A stretch of DNA of 64,000 nucleotides, taken from assembly GCA_040326155.1 (NCBI GenBank), contig JBEQLE010000003.1, forward strand, positions 1 through 64,000. Direction: 5' to 3'. This document shows, in pieces, positions 58,071 through 64,000 of the stretch. The DNA is from Leptospirales bacterium. Lineage in GTDB: Bacteria > Spirochaetota > Leptospiria > Turneriellales > JAOUFE01. The notes below the pieces were generated by a model. The model was not told the origin of the DNA, did not search any database, and saw only the letters and a list, made by a program, of their open reading frames with translations. A program made the translations under genes and the position numbers. The first letter of the stretch is position 1; each line of letters begins with the position of its first letter.

Positions 58071-58511
58071 ATGATCTATTCACTGCATGTACAAAAAACC
58101 ATAAAAGCTTTTAGCGCAATTATACTATTTTCCTTGTTCGCACCTACTTATTTCGGCGATACAAGAAGTGAACTTCGCTATTATGAACTGGAGTTTAAAA
58201 AGGAACCTCCGCGTGTCTGGCCCGATACCCTGTTTGAAAAAACGGTCTGGCATAAAAAAGTTTCTCACCTGGTGTTGGAAGATAAAAAAGATCGATTCTT
58301 CGTTACCTTGCTCATGATTAGCCCTTATCCGTATAATTACAAATCTCAAAATTACGCCTTACATTATGAGTTTTTTGAATATGAAGAAGCCTTTGCAAAA
58401 TTTGTCTGGCTGGATAATTTTATAAAGAACAACGGGGTTCTAAGAATTAAAATTCTGGGTAGTATGATTATCGAAGAAAAAATAATATATAAGGGCGATT
58501 CAGTCCGTTAG
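58071..58511 (+). CDS. Hypothetical exported protein
   Basis: Signal-like N-terminus; TATAAT 11 nt upstream of the ATG. Confidence 0.55.
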   Translation: MIYSLHVQKTIKAFSAIILFSLFAPTYFGDTRSELRYYELEFKKEPPRVWPDTLFEKTVWHKKVSHLVLEDKKDRFFVTLLMISPYPYNYKSQNYALHYEFFEYEEAFAKFVWLDNFIKNNGVLRIKILGSMIIEEKIIYKGDSVR

Positions 58512-59612
58512 ACGTCGGCGTATTCGATTTCCAAAACCGGTCATAATCTCATATGTTATTGTCCGGGAAGTCTGTGCAACCTCTTCCAAAGAGACAGAGT
58601 TTGGCCCAATCAACTCAACCCACTCTTGCAAATTAAAAACTTTACCTAACAAAATCTGATCCATGGTAACCCTGCCAAGCAAGGGATGTTTACCGAATTT
58701 GAAATTATTCGATAAAGCCCTGGGAATTCCATCTGCGTAACCAAGAGGTATTACCCCCACATTTTCCATCTCTTCGCTAACCGTAAAAGTTGACCCATAC
58801 GATATGGTTTCACCCTTTTGCATTTGGCGAACGGAAACAGGTCTCGCCCTCAATGAAAGAGCCGGCCTTAATGGGATTTTTTTCCCGAATTCATCCAGAT
58901 CTTTTTTATTCTGAAAATATCCATAAAACATAAGGCCAGGTCGTATCATATCAAAATGAGATTCTGGATAAAAAACTGTCGCATAAGAGTTAGCCGTATG
59001 TAACAAAACTTCATCACGGTTTAGCTTTAGTTTCTCAATAAGGAATGACGATGTGGCTTTAAATTCGCTAATAATATTTTTCGTAGAAACTTCATCGGGA
59101 ATATCTGCATTTGGAAAATGGGTAAATATTCCGGCAACCTGCAAATTAGGGGCAGAATTTAAAGATTCCACTGTTTTACTTTCCTGTTCTTTCTTTAAAC
59201 CTATTCGCCCCATTCCAAGGTCAAGTTTTAAATGAACCGATAATTTCTGGTTTCGTTGTTCGGCCATTTTATTCAGATATTCGACTTGCCACACATCAGT
59301 TATACTCGGGGTAATAGAATATTCGAAAAAGATTGTTGCACTTTCTTTGTAAAAACCACCGAGGTTTAAAACCTGACCTTGCCAGCCCAGGTCTCGAAGC
59401 GTATAACCCTCCAATGGGTTTGCTACTCCAAGGTAGTCAATCTTTACTTCATTAAAAAATGGTAAAAGCTCCAAAATGCCGCATCCATAGGCATTAGCCT
59501 TCACTGGTATTAAAACTTTCGTTGAATTTTGGCCACAACCTTGTAAGAGACGAAGGTTTTCTTCCAAGGCTTTTTTACTTATATTAAGTTCAGGGTAACA
59601 ATCGAATTTCAT
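58500..59612 (-). CDS. alr: Alanine racemase
   Basis: VKANAYG.G, KLDLGMGR.G, THF..AD, RPG, GYADG, GRV.MD, TI.YE. Confidence 0.95.
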   Translation of the reverse strand: MKFDCYPELNISKKALEENLRLLQGCGQNSTKVLIPVKANAYGCGILELLPFFNEVKIDYLGVANPLEGYTLRDLGWQGQVLNLGGFYKESATIFFEYSITPSITDVWQVEYLNKMAEQRNQKLSVHLKLDLGMGRIGLKKEQESKTVESLNSAPNLQVAGIFTHFPNADIPDEVSTKNIISEFKATSSFLIEKLKLNRDEVLLHTANSYATVFYPESHFDMIRPGLMFYGYFQNKKDLDEFGKKIPLRPALSLRARPVSVRQMQKGETISYGSTFTVSEEMENVGVIPLGYADGIPRALSNNFKFGKHPLLGRVTMDQILLGKVFNLQEWVELIGPNSVSLEEVAQTSRTITYEIMTGFGNRIRRRLTD

Positions 59613-59627
59613 AAATCAAACTATCAT

Positions 59628-61712
59628 TTAAGCTTTTTTATCTTCGCCCATATATTCTTTTATGAAATCTGCTACTTTCTCCGGGTCCATTGGTTTACCA
59701 ATATAATAGCCTTGTCCGTAATCGGCGCCTTGCTCTTTGCAAAAGTTGTATTGTTCTTCATTTTCAATACCTTCCACAACAACTTCATAACTTAAGGCAT
59801 GGGCCATTTGAATCATCGCACGAACAATGGCAGTACTATCTGGATCATGTGGTATGTCATCAATGAACGATTTATCGATTTTTATTTTATTAATAGGGAA
59901 TTTTTTTAAATAACTCAATGAAGAATAACCTGTACCGAAATCATCAATCGAAATCGTAAAACCAGATTCATTTAATATATTCAGCATTTCTATCGAATAA
60001 TCAATATCATCCATAGCTATAGATTCCGTAACTTCAACAATTATTTTTCCATGATCAAGCTTTGCAACACCCAGAGATCTTTTTAAATAATTAATAATGT
60101 CTGTATTTTTAAATTGGCGCAATGAAAAATTAATGGCAACTGATGTATCGATTCCATCTTTGAGGGCCCATCGTTGCAGCTGAAGAGTCGACTCTTCAAT
60201 GACCCAGGCACCCATACGAATAATCATATCGGTCTCTTCCGCTATGGGAATAAACTCATCGGGTCTTATTCTCTTATCGCCGCTATCCCAGCGTATTAAA
60301 GCTTCAAACGATGAAACTTTTTTTTCCTGTAAAGAAACGATGGGTTGATATTGTAAGATAAATTCATAACGCTCGATAGCTCGCAGCAAGCGTCCTTCCA
60401 TTTGTAAAATATTTACGATTCTTGCCCGCATTTTCGAATCATATATTTCGGTTGACCCGCGCCCTTTTTGCAAACCTTTTTGCAACGCCGTAATCCCATC
60501 CCGGTATATGTTGGCAGCTGACTCAAATGTTTTATCAACAAAAACCAGTCCGATACTGGCACTCATGGAAAACTCAGTTCCATCTTTTAGCAGCGGCTTT
60601 GAAACAATTTTATGGATTTTTTTAGCAATTTTATCAACCTCGGTAACCTCGGGATTATCAAATAGAATAAGCCCAAACTCCGAACCGCCCGTACGAGCCA
60701 GAGAATCGACATTCCGAATAATCTTCGAAATTCTTTCAACTGCACTAAGTAACGCAAATTCTCCTGCCTGCGGTCCAAAATTACTTGTAATTAACTTATG
60801 GTTTTCAAGCTCTATAATAATTACAACAAAGTTTTCTCCTCCGTTGCGGTGCAGTCGTGATACAACCGTTTGAATTCTATCCAGAAATAATACTTTGTTG
60901 GGAAGCCCGGTTAACGCATCTTGCAATTTTTCTGCTGTGATATCAATAAGAGAACCCGCGATTTTTTGTACAGAACCTTCAGCATCTCGCAGCGCCTTAC
61001 CTTGCACACGAGCCCATATATACGATCCATTCTTATGCAATAGCCTATGCTCGGTATATAACTTCGGCGTTTCATTAGAAAAGTGTTTATGTATTTCATC
61101 TTCCACATGGCTTGTATCTTCCGGATGAATTCGGTCAAACCACACTTCTGCCGTTCCCATAATTTCCTTAGAATCAAAACCCAGTATTTCAGCCCATCTT
61201 GGAGAATAATAGACGGCATTTGTACGTAAATTCCACTCCCAGATACCATCATTTGTCGCCTGCAAAGCCAGGGAGTACCGCTCTTCGCTCTCTATTAATG
61301 CGGCAAGTATACCGGAACGTTGAATAGCATATTGTATGGAACGATTCAGTAAAAGTTTATCAATTTTACCTTTAATTAAATAATCCTGCGCCCCCATTTT
61401 AACTGCTTTCAGGGCTAATTCGGTATCGTCCACTCCGGTTAATATAATAACCGGGATATCGGGCTTTGGTTCGTGAATTTTTTCGAACGTAGACAATCCA
61501 TTCGAGTCAGGCAAAGTTAAATCGAGTAATATGACTTCAAATCTCTGGTTTTCAAGCGCAAGAAAGGCTTCGGCCAATGTCTCAGCTACAGTGACAACAA
61601 ATCGACGTTGTTCGGACTTCGCTTCAGAATCTGAAACGCTATTAATGATAGCCTGTAAATATGTTTGGTTTACAGCATTGTCTTCAACAAGCAAGAGTTT
61701 AAGCGTAATCAT
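59628..61712 (-). CDS. REC-PAS-GGDEF(degenerate)-EAL response regulator, likely a c-di-GMP phosphodiesterase
   Basis: LLVED/LLDL/GAQDYLIK receiver; PAS; GGSEF; FEALIRW and DDFGTGYSSL. Confidence 0.92.
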   Translation of the reverse strand: MITLKLLLVEDNAVNQTYLQAIINSVSDSEAKSEQRRFVVTVAETLAEAFLALENQRFEVILLDLTLPDSNGLSTFEKIHEPKPDIPVIILTGVDDTELALKAVKMGAQDYLIKGKIDKLLLNRSIQYAIQRSGILAALIESEERYSLALQATNDGIWEWNLRTNAVYYSPRWAEILGFDSKEIMGTAEVWFDRIHPEDTSHVEDEIHKHFSNETPKLYTEHRLLHKNGSYIWARVQGKALRDAEGSVQKIAGSLIDITAEKLQDALTGLPNKVLFLDRIQTVVSRLHRNGGENFVVIIIELENHKLITSNFGPQAGEFALLSAVERISKIIRNVDSLARTGGSEFGLILFDNPEVTEVDKIAKKIHKIVSKPLLKDGTEFSMSASIGLVFVDKTFESAANIYRDGITALQKGLQKGRGSTEIYDSKMRARIVNILQMEGRLLRAIERYEFILQYQPIVSLQEKKVSSFEALIRWDSGDKRIRPDEFIPIAEETDMIIRMGAWVIEESTLQLQRWALKDGIDTSVAINFSLRQFKNTDIINYLKRSLGVAKLDHGKIIVEVTESIAMDDIDYSIEMLNILNESGFTISIDDFGTGYSSLSYLKKFPINKIKIDKSFIDDIPHDPDSTAIVRAMIQMAHALSYEVVVEGIENEEQYNFCKEQGADYGQGYYIGKPMDPEKVADFIKEYMGEDKKA

Positions 61713-61772
61713 ACTTTTTACACATCGAAACCGATGCTTTGTTAGGTAAAAATGGCTGTAACTCTTCGTCTA

Positions 61773-62159
61773 TTATTTTTTTTCTGCGTAAGCAATACGG
61801 GCTCGGTGCGCGGAGGTTTCATTTTCTACAAAATCTCTTTCTTCAGGAGCAATAATATGAGAAATCTTTTCACCCAGACTTTTTATTTCAGCTTCCACAT
61901 CAACGTGATCGGGTAAAATGGCTCCCTCGACTAAAACGCTTAAAGTGTCGTTTTTCACTTCAACGAATCCGCCATCGATAATATATTTCATATCGGAATC
62001 GTCCATTTTAATAATCAACATTCCAGGTTCAAGCTCGCCAATCAGGTTGGTATGCCCCGCTAAAACTGAAAAGCTTGCATCGCTTCCCGGTAGTTGGACA
62101 CTGCTTGTTTTACCTTCAAATAAAATTTCTTCAGGTGATATAACGCTAACTGTTAACAT
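61773..62159 (-). CDS. atpC: F-type ATP synthase epsilon subunit
   Basis: VISPE, LPG...F.VL.GH, GGFVEV; follows atpD. Confidence 0.93.
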   Translation of the reverse strand: MLTVSVISPEEILFEGKTSSVQLPGSDASFSVLAGHTNLIGELEPGMLIIKMDDSDMKYIIDGGFVEVKNDTLSVLVEGAILPDHVDVEAEIKSLGEKISHIIAPEERDFVENETSAHRARIAYAEKK

Positions 62160-62183
62160 AAATACCCTCTTTTTATTATTTTT

Positions 62184-64000
<1,817 letters not shown>

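Overview
A gene-dense, AT-rich bacterial chromosomal segment, most likely from a spirochaete of the Leptospirales/Leptospiraceae type (inferred from the long RodA, the fatty-acid CoA ligase, STAS proteins and lipoboxes; not verified by any search). The housekeeping backbone includes trpC, thiG, mreBCD-mrdA-rodA, folP-cdaA-cdaR-pdxJ-acpS-ruvB, manC, feoB, tRNA-Val(GAC)-thrS, a two-subunit class I fumarase, cinA, alr and atpG(partial)-atpD-atpC. Accessory content includes two type II toxin-antitoxin pairs, a Fic gene, an orphan N6-adenine methyltransferase, a cytochrome-b-like plus nine-heme cytochrome c pair, a short-chain CHR transporter pair and several gene relics. The best candidate for an undescribed system is at 18.0-24.7 kb. 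There, a strictly alternating A-B-A-B-A array combines three TolB-N/CsgG-like + C-terminal beta-barrel proteins with two paralogous cysteine-conserved lipoproteins, transcribed divergently from a PorV/PorQ-like barrel and a stand-alone T9SS-CTD/FlgD-Ig-like secreted protein. Other non-obvious signals are an 89-bp direct repeat bracketing a 7-repeat propeller lipoprotein, a structured ~220-nt minus-strand unit with a 16-codon ORF beside vapBC, helically phased repeats over the fic start codon, and repeated leaderless-type promoters. No CRISPR array, rRNA or intact transposase was seen. All family assignments come from motif recognition by eye.
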